This document shows, one piece after another, positions 24,901 through 36,800 of a DNA stretch of 64,000 nucleotides. The stretch is from Paramoeba atlantica (Eukaryota > Protista > Discosea), in the NCBI GenBank assembly GCA_977017575.1, contig CDRNVI010000199.1:139-64138 (forward strand), read 5' to 3'. The position numbers and the translations under genes are program-made. Every line of letters starts with the position of its first letter. The stretch's first letter is position 1. A model generated the notes under the pieces. The model ran no database searches and was not told the origin of the DNA. It saw only the letters and a program-made list of their open reading frames with translations.

Positions 24901-27488
24901 AAGAGCTGGAAAATCATTCTAATGAAGCTTACAGAGTCATCTGAAAGTTGATGAGAGCAGGATTTTAGATTAAGATGAAGAAATCAAAATTCTGCATAAA
25001 GAGGATTCAATTCATGGGTCATTTGATTAATGGTTTTACTTGAAAGATTGATTCATTCAAGAAAAAAATGGCTCAGAAGATGGTGAAACCTCAGACTGGA
25101 AAGCAAGTTGAAAGTCTTCTTGGTTTGCTGAATTTTTTGAGGGATTTTGTCCTAAATTATGTGACTATTGCAGCTCTGTTGGACAAGTTGCGAAAGATGA
25201 GGTGTCTTGGTAAGGCGTGGGGCAAGGAGCAAGACAAGTCTTTTGATTTTTTCAAAGAGGTTATCTTGAATGCTCCAGTGTTGTCTCAGCCAGATTGGGA
25301 TCAAGAATTTCATATTGCAACTGATGCTTCACAATATGCAGTTGGTGTGGTATTGTACCAAGTTGATGCAAATGACAAGAAATGTTATATTGTATTTGCA
25401 TCGAAAACTCTTCAAGCGGGGCAACGAAATTATCCTGCACCGAAGAGGAAACTTTTGGCAATTATTTTTGCAATTAGGAAGTTCCGTTCATATGTTTTTG
25501 GGCAGAAGTTTAGAGTGGAGACGGATCATAAGGCACTTGTGTATTTGAATTCAAGTACAAAGTTTATGATTTTGGACTGGTTGGATTTTCTGTTGGATTA
25601 CAACTTCTACATTGTTTATCAAAAAGGGATCCATAATGTTTTACCAGACTATCTCTCTTGATTGTATCAAGAAAAATACCCAGTTACAGATGATTCTACT
25701 GAACCAGCAATTGATGCTTGCAATGTTGCTGTGCTTGAGTGTGAGGATGAGCCTGTTGAAGGAACTAAGAGATATCTTGAAGAGTTTATTGGGAATGTAC
25801 TTGGTAAGAAAGAACTGGAGGAAGAAGAGAAACTGCCTTTGGTGAAAGAAAAGCATGAGGAAAGTCATGCTGGTGTTTCAGGAACAGTTTGGAAACTATT
25901 TAGTGCAGGTTACTACTGGCCATCAATGAGAAGGATGGTAATTATGGTCTGTTGAGGTTGTGTGGTGTGTTTGAAATACAATCATGGGAGAATTGGATTT
26001 CATCCGATTACCCCAGTTACTTCAGTGCTGCCTATGGATATAATTGGTATGGATTTTATTTGTAGGTTGTCTGAGTCAAATGAGGGCTATACAATTGTCC
26101 TTATTGTAATAGATATTGCAAGTTGTTTTGTGATACTGTGTAAATTAATCTCCAAGGAAGCAGAGTCAGTTGCAGAAGCTTTGCTATCTGTTTTTGCAAA
26201 TTTTGGTGTCCTAAAGGAGATTCAAAGTGATCAAGACCCATTGTTTTTCAACAAAGTTATGGAGGCTTTTCGTAATGCTTCAACTGCAAAATTGAGAAAG
26301 GTGATGAGATATTACCCTGCTCAAAATGGTGCAGTTGAGAGATATGTGAGAGAAGTTTTGGGTTTGGTTGTAAAATTGCTGGAAGGAGATATGACAAATT
26401 GGGTGAAATTTTTGCCAGTTGTTCAAATGTCATTGAATGATCACTATATCTTGAGACATAAGTTTACTCCCTTTGTGGTAATGTTCGTGAGAGAGAGGAA
26501 CCAAGCAGCAAATTATGAGGGGTTGGAATTGGAAGTTGCAACTCCTGAAAAATTGTTAGAGAGAAATCAGAAGATGGTCTATTTGGTTTATCTAGCACTT
26601 GCAAAATTATCCAAAGAAGTGGGTAAGAAAGGTTGTGATGATGTGAATGAAATGAAATGGAAAAAAAGATCTTTGTGACCTAAACCTCTGGCAATTGGCA
26701 CTTCAGTTATGAAAGAAGTGGATAAAAGAACTACAAAATGGCAGCAATGCTGGGAAGGCCCTTTTTGTATTGCTAAATATAACAATGAGATGAAAGGTTA
26801 TTTGCTGGAATGTATTGATGGGAAAGTTCTTGAAGCAGAAGTTCCTATTGCATGATTGAAAGTGATTCTAGGAGAAATGAATTTATCTAATATCTATGAA
26901 TTTGAGAAAATTTTGGATGATTGGGGCAAAGATGGTGAGAAGGAGTACCTTGTCAAATGGAAATATTATGATGAGACATCTTGGCAACCTGTGAGTGATT
27001 TTTTGGCAGATGATGTGATTCAAGAATACAATGCAAAGTGGAGAAAATCGACACAGCATGTAAAAAAGAAATGAGGAACTATTTCTGTTGTGATGCTTGT
27101 TGTGTTGGTTGTTTTGTTCTTTTTGTTTTGTTTTGTTTTTATTGTGTGTTGTGAATTGCGAGCAAGTGCACTTGCGGGGGGTGTTGAGTTGTTATAGTTG
27201 GTTTTGTTGACTTTGTTGTTTTGTTGGTGAGCAAAAACACTGAACTATTTTGTGTGTGTTTTCCAATTGTGAATAATTGTAAATTATTTGTTGCTCTTTT
27301 TTGTACAAAAGAGGTTTTGTTCTTTGGACCCATTTGTGGGTGAAAGAGTGTAAACTTTCTTTTGTTCTTTTTAGCTTTTGGAATGCATTTGATAAAAGAC
27401 ATTGAACCAAACTTGTTCTTTTTTTGTTCTTTGTTCTTGTTCTCTGTTCTTGTCTCTATCTCCATACTATTCTATAAAGAACTCAACT
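21922..27488 (+). mobile_element. Ty3/Gypsy chromovirus-type LTR retrotransposon G1, structurally complete, decayed
   Basis: 307-bp LTRs 21922-22228 and 27182-27488; TSD GTTAG/GTTGG; PPT GCGGGGG before the 3' LTR; T7 after the 5' LTR. Confidence 0.93.
22305..27074 (+). pseudogene. G1 gag-pol: two CCHC knuckles, protease, RT, RNase H, integrase, chromodomain
   Basis: CVFCKKTGHLESQC, CIKCLQPGHKKKDC; IYDSAV; WNSPLLAVPKK, RVCLDLRVVN, YVRMPFGL, YLDN; IATDASQYAVG, ETDHKAL; HEESHAG, YYWPSM, GMDF, SDQDPLF, QNGAVER, WEGPF; chromodomain YEFEKILDD...EYLVKWKYYDETSWQP (about 26892-27045). Multiple stops and frameshifts. Confidence 0.92.
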
Positions 27489-28284
27489 GTTGGCACTTAT
27501 AGTTTAGTTGTAAATTCAACTATGTTTAACCTCAGGGGGGCAAGTTCAAATCCCAGTTTTTCAATATTTTAGAAAATTTTTTTGGTGCTGTAGAGTGATT
27601 TGATTGAAGTGAAGAGCTTTTGAAAAAGTGTGAAAATCAAAACAGATTACATCTCAGCCTTATCTGCTAAAAAGTTGAAAATAAATTTCTTTGGAAGGAA
27701 TTTTGGATTATTCTCCCTTTTGATGTGTATTCTCCAGCCTGAACTTGCAAAAGTTCTAAAGTTCAGCATAAAGACCAACTAAACTAAGCTGAAGTTTAAA
27801 ACTTCACCTCTTGTTAAAGGTTAAAAACAAACATAATTTAATGTAATTCAAATGGCTTAGATTAAGAACTACTAATTGAATAAAGTTTGCTTCAAAAAGA
27901 AAAAAAATGAAGATGATAATGTTGTGGAAGGAAAAAAAAGAACTTGTTTTGTTGATTGATTCAAATAAAAAGAAATTTCTTATTGTAAATTCATTTAATA
28001 ATAAAAAAGTGAAAAGAAATACAAATTTTTTTTCTTCAAAAAATACCTCAAAACTTACTCTCAAACACTCTTTTCAACCTTTTTTTCAGTTCTAAAGAGG
28101 AAAAACAAAACAAAAAACCATTGGTAGCTTTGTTTTTCAGTGGTCAAAAAAAAAACATAAAAAAGCACTTTTTTTTTGATGATTAATTTTTTTTTTGTTT
28201 TTTTTTTAACATTGAAATTATTTTTTCAACAATCAATATTTTTATTGTTTTTTTTGACCATTGAAATTATTTTTTCAATGGTTG

Positions 28285-28706
28285 GGGTTGGTGCTTGTAG
28301 TTTAGTTGTAAATTCAACTATATTCAATCTTGGGGAGCAAGTTCAAATTCCAGTTTTTTAATATTTTAGAAAATTTTTTTGGTATTGTAGAGTGATTTGA
28401 TTGAAGTGAGGAGCTTTTAAAGAAGTGTGAAAATTGGAACAAGTTACATCTTAGCCTTGTTTGCTAAAAAGTTGAGGATAAATTCTCTTAAAAGGAGCTT
28501 TAAATTATTCTCCCTTCTGATGTGCATCCTCTAGCTTGAACTTGCAGAAGTTCTAAAGTTTAGTATAAAGACTGACTGAACTAAGCTGAAGTTTAAAACT
28601 TCATTTTTCATTAAAGGTTAAAAACAAACATAATTTAATGTAATTTAAATAATTTAGATTAAAAACTATTAATTGAATAAAGTTTACTTCAAAAAGAAAA
28701 AAAAAA
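28285..28706 (+). mobile_element. SINE copy 2, full length (about 420 bp), tRNA-like head
   Basis: A-box-like TAGTTTAGTTG, B-box-like AGTTCAAATTCC, 3' AATAAA plus A tail; 17-bp TSD TATTTTTTCAATG(G/A)TTG at 28268-28284 and 28707-28723; empty site near 6322-6338. Confidence 0.85.
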
Positions 28707-29133
28707 TATTTTTTCAATGATTGATGTTTTTCTTGGTTTTTTTTGATGGTTGAAAGTTTGGACAATGGAAGAAAGTCAAGTTGAGGTTGTTTGTGAGTTG
28801 AGGTGGGCAATGACATCAGTTAACTTTCAGGGTGTTGAAACCTTTCCAACAGTTCAATTCAAACCCACAAATTGCCCTGACTGCAAGTGCAGCTTGAGCC
28901 CACCTCTGTGTGAGTGGTGCATCTAAAATTGTTTATTTAAATTTCCTAAATTTACTATGATTTCTACAACTTCTGCTCAAAGCACAACAAAAGCAATACA
29001 AACCAAATTTATAATAAAACACAAATTTGAACAAAACAAAACACTCTCTAATTAGGGAAATGTAGAGGAAACAACAAAACAATACCAAATTGAGAAGCAT
29101 CTTCAAGAGTTGAAACACTCTTATTACCTGATA

Positions 29134-29915
29134 TCCTATAAATTGAAATTTGTTGATAACATTCTTTCTGAGTTGTGCATCCTGTACAAAAGACCTTTCT
29201 TGCTCCAATTTGATTCTGAACCTATAATAGCTATTGCAAAAATACCCCATGTGAACCAAAAAACTAAGCAAATTGAAGCCTTTGACTATTACACAAGAAA
29301 AGCATTGCAAAATAGCTTGATTGAGTTGGATTATGTGCTCACTAAAGATAACTTTGCTGATATTTTTACAAAACCCCTTAGATTCAATGTGTTTACACTT
29401 CACCAAAACAATTTTATTCATTCCTGTTGCTCTGCAAATTAACTTCATGATGGAAGGGAGTGTTAGAATATCAGTATTCTTAATTTGTAGAATGTTTAAT
29501 TTAATGGAAAACATCATTTGTGAATTCTATAATCACAAGTTATGCTATCTTAAAGCACCTCATCTTCCTCTTTTGAATAGTGCTAATTCCATCTGAATCT
29601 AACAACTACACATCATAATATTGATCAATCATTGAATTGTGCCTTCAAGAATACCTTTGCCCTATTTCAAACGCAATTTGATTGCATAGTTTATTCTCCA
29701 TATTCTAATCTTTCAGCTTATGAATTTATTTGTGCTGATGTCATCTGTTGTTCCCTTCCTTAAACTTGTTGTGTCTTTGTGTCTCTTATGTGTACTTTTA
29801 TTTGTGTGTGTTTTTCTGCTTTTGCACTTGGTATCACATTGACAAATATGTGCTTGAAACCTGTTCATAAATAAACATGTGAGAGACTTTGTTTTTTCAT
29901 GTTTCTGGCTCTTGC
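29134..29915 (+). mobile_element. Ty1/Copia 3' remnant (family Cp3): RNase H C-terminus, PPT, start of 3' LTR
   Basis: FDSEPIIAIAKIPHVNQKTKQIE...KDNFADIFTKPL; PPT GGAAGGGAG (29452-29460) then TGTTAG at 29461. Right boundary approximate. Confidence 0.85.
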
Positions 29916-31680
29916 TGTTCTTGTGTTTTCTTGTGTTTTTCTTTTGTACTTCTCTTCACTTCTGCCATCCACTTTTTTAGTCTTTGTTTGAAGTCCTTTC
30001 AAGGTTTGTTTTTTGATTTTGATTTGTTTTTTGATGTTCTTTGAAATAATGTATTTTTAAAGAACCAAAAAAACAACTTTTATAGGAGAGATGTTGAAAA
30101 GTGTTAAAAAAGTGTTGGTCAAACTGCCAATATCTCTCCTTGAAAGAGAAGATGTCCTTTTCTATTTTGGTTCTACTTTTTTTTCCATATTCTAAAGTCT
30201 AAGAACAAATAGATTGGGCAATTTTTTGAAAATGGGCACACTCAAATCTCACAAAAACACCAAAAAGATTTTTGGAAAGAGATCAAAAAGATTAAAAAAG
30301 TCAAAAGAACAAAACAACCTGGTTTAACTTTCTTTTTAAATAACAATTTTTTAATTTTTCTTCTAAGCAAAAACAATGGAAAAGGAGAGCTTTTACATCT
30401 CAAATCAAGAGGAAAACAGAAGAGATTACAAACTTTAAAGTGGTTTATCTCTTTGAAGGTTCTTTGTAATGAAGATGAAGGAACACAAATTAAAGAGGAT
30501 AAACCTTTTGAAACACTGAACTTGAACTTTTGAAAAGTTCAAGTTCAGCATTTCAAAAAAACTGATTTAAGAACTCATTTATTGTCTGTCCATTGGGAAG
30601 TGAGTTGTGAAGAAAGTGATTTGAAAAGGTTAATTCATTTTTTTTTTATGTATGTTTTAAAGAATTATAATTTCTTAAAATTTAATAAATAGACTTTCAA
30701 AACCTCAAGAAATCTGATGATTTGAAACAAGCACAGTTTGTGAATATAATGATGAATGATATGGGTTACTCAAAAATCCAAATGATGTGATGATATTTCA
30801 GTGAATCTTAGATCCTTTGTTTGGGAAGCTAATACACTTGAAATCATCAAAGTTTGAAATTCCATTTCCAAAACTTCCTGCTCCAAAGTCAGTGATGGAT
30901 TTTAGGGAGAAACTGTTGCTGGTTTGATTTTAAAATAAGTTTTCAATAACAATAGTGCTTTTTCCTGGTTTTCTTGTTAAAATAATGTGGTTGTCTCAGT
31001 TTTGAATAATTCATTGGTTTTGAGAGTCCATGTGAACCACTTGCTTTCTTTCAACTCATTCTTCCAACAATTTTAGAAACCTGTATTGTGTGAATTCAAA
31101 AATTTTTAAAAATAATAAAAATAATAAAAAAAAAAAGAAAAGAAAAAAGAGAAAGGAAAAAAAAGGAGAAAAAAAGAGAGAATAAAAAGGAAGAATAAAA
31201 AAGAAGAAAAAAAAAGAAAGAAAAAAAGGGAAAAAAAACAAAAGAAAAAAAAGAAAAAAAAAGAAAAACAAGATGATCAAACGGAAACATAACCTTCTCT
31301 TCAAGCACTTTCCAAAACACTAAACTCTTATTTGTTTTTACAAGTTTTCATAAAATCAAAAAACAAAAATAATCAAATAATAAAGGTGAAGGAGGAGAGA
31401 GAAAGTAGAATAACTATCCTTAGATGGCTCTGAAAAATGAACAGGAGGAAACAATAACATCAAGAGAGGAAAAGGGTTTTTTGGTGATAATGTCTATAAA
31501 GAAGAAAACAAAGAATCATGAGGAATTGGTTGACAGAGCAAGAATTCCATTTTTAATCTCCTTCTTTTCTTTTTTTGTGATTGAATTCATTTTTTTCTTT
31601 TGAAATTGAATCTGGCAAGCATTTTGAAAAAAGAATCAAAAATTTGAAAGAAAAAAAAGCAAAAAAATTAGCAATTTTAG
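29916..31680. mobile_element. Family T copy 3, internal fragment, inverted relative to copies 1 and 2
   Basis: Reverse complement of about 55790-57620; both TIRs missing. Confidence 0.8.
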
Positions 31681-31895
31681 AAAGTGCTTGAAGAGAAGGT
31701 TGTGTTTCTATTTAATCATCTTGTTTTTCTTTTTTTTTCTTTTTTTTCTTTTGTTTTTTTCCCCTTTTTTTCTTTTTTTTTTTTTCTTCCTTTTTATTCT
31801 TCCTTTTTATTCTCTCTTTTTTTCTCCTTCCTCTTTTTTCTCCTTCTTCTTTTTTCTTTTCTTTTTTTTATTTTATTATTTTTATCATTTTTAAA
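31090..31895. repeat. Local inverted duplication (arms about 31090-31312 and 31681-31895)
   Basis: AAAGTGCTTGAAGAGAAGGTT at 31681 is the reverse complement of AACCTTCTCTTCAAGCACTTT near 31290; the second arm runs into LINE-B ORF1. Confidence 0.75.
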
Positions 31896-31899
31896 AAAA

Positions 31900-33565
31900 C
31901 TTGACTTGCCCACAATCTCTTTTGGTTGTGAAAAAGCAAACTTAAAAGAAAAGACTATAGGGTTGGAATTTATGTTCACCAATAGCTAGGTATCCTTCTT
32001 TTTCAGTTGAGTTTATGACCACCAGGCTGGTGATATGGGGGGCACTGAAGTTCCACTGACTTGTTTGTTGCTCTCACTAATAGTTTTAATTTTAGAAGTG
32101 GTTTTGGTCCTAATGTGAGAGAACAAACTCATCTTAATCAAAGTTGTAGCATTATGCTTGACTGGACCCACAGAGGAACTTCTTTGAACAGCTGATTCCT
32201 TAGTTGTGGAAGAAGGTACTTTGAAGTTGTTGGGTATGGCTTCATGGCTCTTCTTCACAGGAGGGGGGCTCTTCAGAGGGGTAGATTCTGCAGGAATAAC
32301 ATTGGGTGAATGAGACACCAACCCTTAACCTCCAAAATTACATGCAGATAAATTTAAGCCATCTTTTTTAACACCAATGGGGGAGAGACCTTCAGAAGGC
32401 TTAAACGAAGTGTATGACTTAAGGAAAAATTAATTTGTTCTCTCAGAACCCACTGCTATAGACTCACCAGTATTTCCAAGGGGGGTACTAGATGAAGAGA
32501 CTCTGTCAGGAGGAACAAAGTTAAATTGTACACCATCTCTGGCAGCTTGTTTTCTTATCTTAACTTCTTTGGGGTCATGAATGTTGATCAAGTACATTTC
32601 CATTCTCACCATATTGCCAACTTTACTTGAATCTTTTTTTTGTAAAATTTCAAATAAACAATTCAAACAAGCAAGATGGTTAATTTGACAAGTGGGGCAT
32701 TTCACCACTGTATCAAAGGGCCTCACTGGGGTCCAGACAGAGACTTGAGCTTGAGTAGTGCTAATTCCCAACCATTCTTTGGTGTGGGCAATGAGCTGGA
32801 CAAGGTTGATGGGGATTTGGGTGTAAAACAAAACAATACAATTCTTGGCTATTAGTACTACTTTCTTCAAGTTATGTCTTGGAAGAGAATTTGGACCAAT
32901 AAAAAGATTCTGAATCCACTTTACACCCTTGGCTTCAAAGGGAACTTTGATTTTAAGCTTTCACAATTTTGTGTCCTCATTGTTCCTCTAAGTAAAGGAT
33001 TTCTTGAGTTTTTTAGCCAATTTGTTGCCTTTGTTCAAAAACTCTTTTTCTACACTGGCAGCATCTATGCTCTCAAGTGCTGAGATCACAAAATGGCCTT
33101 GCTTGATGTTCACAAAAATTTTCCCTTTAAGAGAAGTCACATGTTCAATTGCTTGGATAACTTTGTTGAAGTTGAAGAGTCCTGGTTTGAAATCCAGTGA
33201 TTTCACTAACTTTGTTGGTCTCAACTTGGCTCTAACAATAGTTTTTGGGTTCAGAAGCATGACTAAACCTTGATATAGTCTGACATTGTTCTGATCTATT
33301 TTGTGCAGCACATCACTAAGACCTTTGGAGGCTGGAATGCTTTCCTTGGTTTTGAGAGGTTTTTTCTTTCTTTCACTTTTTTTAACAACTTGAGCAAATG
33401 ATTCACTATTTGTTCATTCTGACCAGATGTTCCTGGTAGAAAATCCCTCTCCTTCCTTTACATTGGGTGAAGAGGTTTTCATAATATTTTCTGTGGCAAC
33501 CAACCACAAAGATACACACTATAGCAAAAGATAGGAAATTCAGACAAATTGTATCTTGAACCTTC

Positions 33566-33601
<36 letters not shown>
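31900..33601 (-). mobile_element. LINE family B, 5' part (A tract, 5' UTR, ORF1)
   Basis: ORF1 from an ATG near 33482; CIVLFYTQIPINLVQLIAHTK...VSVWTPVRPFDTVVKCPTCQINHLACLNC aligns with family A CIVIFYDVIPLILTCIIAKHR...ISLWTPMSPFHEKVNCQVCEISHSRHLKC; A34 tract at 33568-33601. Confidence 0.75.
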
Positions 33602-33604
<3 letters not shown>

Positions 33605-33770
33605 ATCCTCATTCAACCAAAAGACAAACAAATCAAAAGAGAGACCACAGGAGTGAACATGTGGATATAATATCAGATTTTTTTTTAAAAGACTCAAAAG
33701 GAATATTTGAAGTTACTTCAACTCTAAAAAACACCATAATTGTAAGTGCAGCTTAAGCTCACCTCCATAT
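33602..33770. mobile_element. Family E copy 3, left-end fragment (inverted)
   Basis: Reverse complement of the first about 170 bp of family E including the TIR (33742-33770). Confidence 0.75.
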
Positions 33771-33818
33771 GTTAGCATCAATTTCAACAACAATATCTTT
33801 GAGAAAGTCCATCATATC
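33771..33818 (-). pseudogene. Short old LINE-A ORF1 remnant serving as the target of LINE-A copy 3
   Basis: GATATGATGGACTTTCTCAAAGATATTGTTGTTGAAATTGATGC resembles ORF1 DMMDFLEDIVAETDA. Confidence 0.65.
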
Positions 33819-36800
33819 TTTTTTTTTTTTAAATTCAGACACCAGGTGCCATTTATTAGAGTTAAAAAACCATCTCTAGGATGGAAAAGAGGGGGGAAGA
33901 AAGGGGGGGGGGAGGGAAGATAAATTAAGAGTTAGATCCAAAGATCTCTTCAGCATGGAATGCATTGGAGTTTCTTTACCAACTTTAGTTTTCACTAAGG
34001 GGTCTGTGTTTGATTGTCTGCCTTCTAAAACCAGGGAGTGAGTTCGGTTTGAAGGTTTCTATGAAGTTAATTACATTCCTTCGAAAATCTTCCTCAATAA
34101 AGCTCCTCACCAGATTGCTCTCTTGGAACTGATGGAACCATCCTTGGATATCTTTAGTAATTATTACAGGGAGGATTAGAGCATTCTCAAGAGCAGTTTG
34201 GGCTGGAAACAAAACATGGGGGGTTGTCACTGTATTTCCTTGGAATTTCCTTACAAAATTCCCTGGGGGGATGGGGAAAGTCCAGTCATGGGTGAGGGGG
34301 GAATTGATCCAGTTTCACAGGGTTGAATTCAGAATAATCCACTCTTCACTGGTTTCTGCAACATGTTGTGATCTTGGATCCCAATGATGGTCATTCACAG
34401 CACATGTTCCATCCTCTTTAGACCAACTTGCAGTTGCAATTGCATCAGCTCACTTGTTAAGTTCTCGGGGTACATGGATGAATTCTATCTTGTCAAAGCA
34501 CATTGCTAACTTACGGATTTCACAAAGTAGTTCATTCAAGGCATAGTTTTTGATGGCATGGGTTTTGGGTGCAGCCTTGGTGAGAATCATACAATCCCCA
34601 ACAACTTCAATCTCATTCATCATTGATCTGGCGCATTGCATTCCTTTCAAACAGCCTGTAAATTCACCAATATTGTTGGACCCAAGAGGGATGGTTTCAA
34701 ACCCACCACATATCTCTTTCCCTTCCCTGAAAACTGCAAAGCCCACACCCCCCAGATGAGGGTCTGTACGGCCTGAACTGTCATAAAACACTTGAAAGCC
34801 TTTAAATTTAAAACTTTCCTTCTCTTTAGTTCCTTTCTTTGTTTGGGTTCTTGGGGGCTGAGGGAGGATTTTGTTCTTTCTCAAGATTTTTTCGAAAATT
34901 TCAGTAGCATACTGGGGTGATTTTGATCCTTCTGCACACACTGTGAGCCACAAACTCAACAGGGCAACACTCACCACTGAGGTTTCTTGTCTGGTGAGAA
35001 AATTTGAGACAAGGCCGCACACATTCTTAGTTTCTTGCCAGCTGGGTACATTCAACAAAATACATTTCCTTCCCATTGCTTGGAGGAGGCCCTCAGCCAC
35101 AGAACATTCCTCCAGAAGATGAGATCGTGACTCCTTTTCATGGTGGCAGAGTCGGCAACTTGAGTTTTGGTTTGTGAAGTGAGCCAACTTGTCTCTTGTA
35201 GGCAGCCCTCTTATTAGGAACTTAATCAAATTCCTCTTAAGTTGGGGCCTAATTGCATGTGCCAAGTTGTACACCACACACTCAGCTCTTCCTTCACCCA
35301 CATACAGATCCTTGATTTCAATGGGGATCACTTGAGACATATTGGAATAAGCAACTCAAGTGGCCTGACCAAACACAACTTTGGCAGAGAGGCTTTGGGC
35401 TGCAAAAAGGGCATCCTTTCACATGGCTCCAATGGAAAGAGGGCTCTGATAATCGCTCCTCATTGGTGGACGAGAAGTGAGGAGGGCCCAATTAAAAACG
35501 ATTGGATGGTGCAGTTGGGGGTTTGAGTCCAAGGGAGGATAGCATGAGGTAAGAATGGAGGTTTTTGTGTTGGCATAAGCACCCAGAGCTGAGCAGATGG
35601 ATTTCCACATCAAGGAGGCAACAGATTTTGGAATCAGTTTGAATCTCACTAAATATCCCATGCATGGAGTTAGATAGGTATTGACCATCCTTACTCTTGA
35701 GCGAAAATTACTACCTCTTTTTTTGATTGCTGCTCCAACTTTCTTCATCTTTAGGATCACTTTCTCCCAATCCTTAAGAGGAGATAACCGTTTACTCAAC
35801 CTCACTCCCAGATATACAGTTTCATCACCACAGTAATTGGATCTTGCCATCTCAGCCCAGGGGCCTACAGGTTTGAAAGACTCAGTTGAGAGAACAAAGC
35901 ACTTATTAAAATTCAGTTTAGCTCCAGTCGCTTTTTCATATTTCTTGAAGGTTGGAGTGAGAGAATTGATGGTTTCAGCTTTCTGGATCACCATTCCCAA
36001 GTCATCCATAAAGCCTGATAGGTCTTGGGGGTTGTGTTCCTTCTTCAGGCTCACCAGGAGGATGTCAAACACAATTACAAAAAGAAGGGGGGAGATTGGG
36101 CATCCTTATCTGACACCAGTTTGACTTTGGATTGATTCATTGTTGCCTCCCCTCTTGGATCCACCAATATTCAGCAGCCAGGTTACAGATTCTCAAAGCA
36201 CCTTCTCAACAACATAGATTGCTTGAGGGGGGGCATTCAAACCTTTGAGAATATGAAGAAGTGCATCACGATTCACATAATCATATGCCTTGCAAAAGTC
36301 TGTTTGGAGGAGGGTCACGTCTTTCCCTTGCCAGAGCTTCATAAAAAGAGTCATACACTGTTTCCACTGCCTTGTCAATTGACCTCCCCTTAAACATCGC
36401 ATGCTGTTCTTTAGAAATTACTCCACTTGCAATCTCCATCAGCCATTTTGCCCAATATCTCATCACAATTCGATAATCTGAATTGGTAACACTGATTGGT
36501 CGAAATTGGTCAGGGTGGGGGATATTCTTGACTTTGGGAATCAAACAGAGTTGGCTCTCACCAAAAGAGGGGGGGAACTCCATCATCTCACCCGCTTGTT
36601 GAATTAATTCCACCCACATGTCAAAATACTTTTCTTGTGTTGCCTTATATAAAGAGAAAGGGATACCATCAGGTCCTGCGCTGGTGTTATTGGTTCTCTG
36701 AAGAAGTTTATCAACTTTCTTCCTGTCAACATCATGTCTCTCAACTGGGGGAAAGTGAGGATGATGGTCAGCAATCAATTCGTCAAGAGAATCCTTGTTA

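Larger units (their letters stand above)
21916..27907 (+). mobile_element. SINE copy 1 (interrupted in its first bases by Gypsy G1)
   Basis: 21916-21921 plus 27489-27907; 17-bp TSD TAAAAATAATGATGTTG (21899-21915) / TGAAGATGATAATGTTG (27908-27924), mismatches all G/A; empty site near 5918-5934. Confidence 0.8.
21615..28910. mobile_element. Family E copy 2, complete with both TIRs (about 0.9 kb once nested SINEs and Gypsy are removed)
   Basis: About 29-bp TIRs at 21615-21643 and 28882-28910; flanks AGTAC and (T)GAGTGGTGC rebuild the G2 LTR end. Spacing fits a 5-bp duplication but the two copies (AGATA/TGAGT) match poorly. Confidence 0.75.
19946..29133 (-). mobile_element. Ty3/Gypsy element G2: 5' LTR (28911-29133 plus 21605-21609, split by family E copy 2) and gag-protease remnant (19946-21604)
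   Basis: CCHC KKCYYCGKHDHIQSNC; ISICPLSDNMKVYTSVTWGQEKSLNV*IIFNPAM...KLWKGLKGE aligns with ISPPPDSMKLYVLITWGDSKSLDI*TIYDSAV...RLWDQLEGE of G1; LTR homologous to the solo LTR at 18887; T7 follows the LTR end. Confidence 0.7.

Noticed and set aside
28285-28360. Functional tRNA gene
   Set aside because: A and B boxes are degenerate, I cannot fold a cloverleaf, and the segment is the head of a TSD-flanked, A-tailed repeat.
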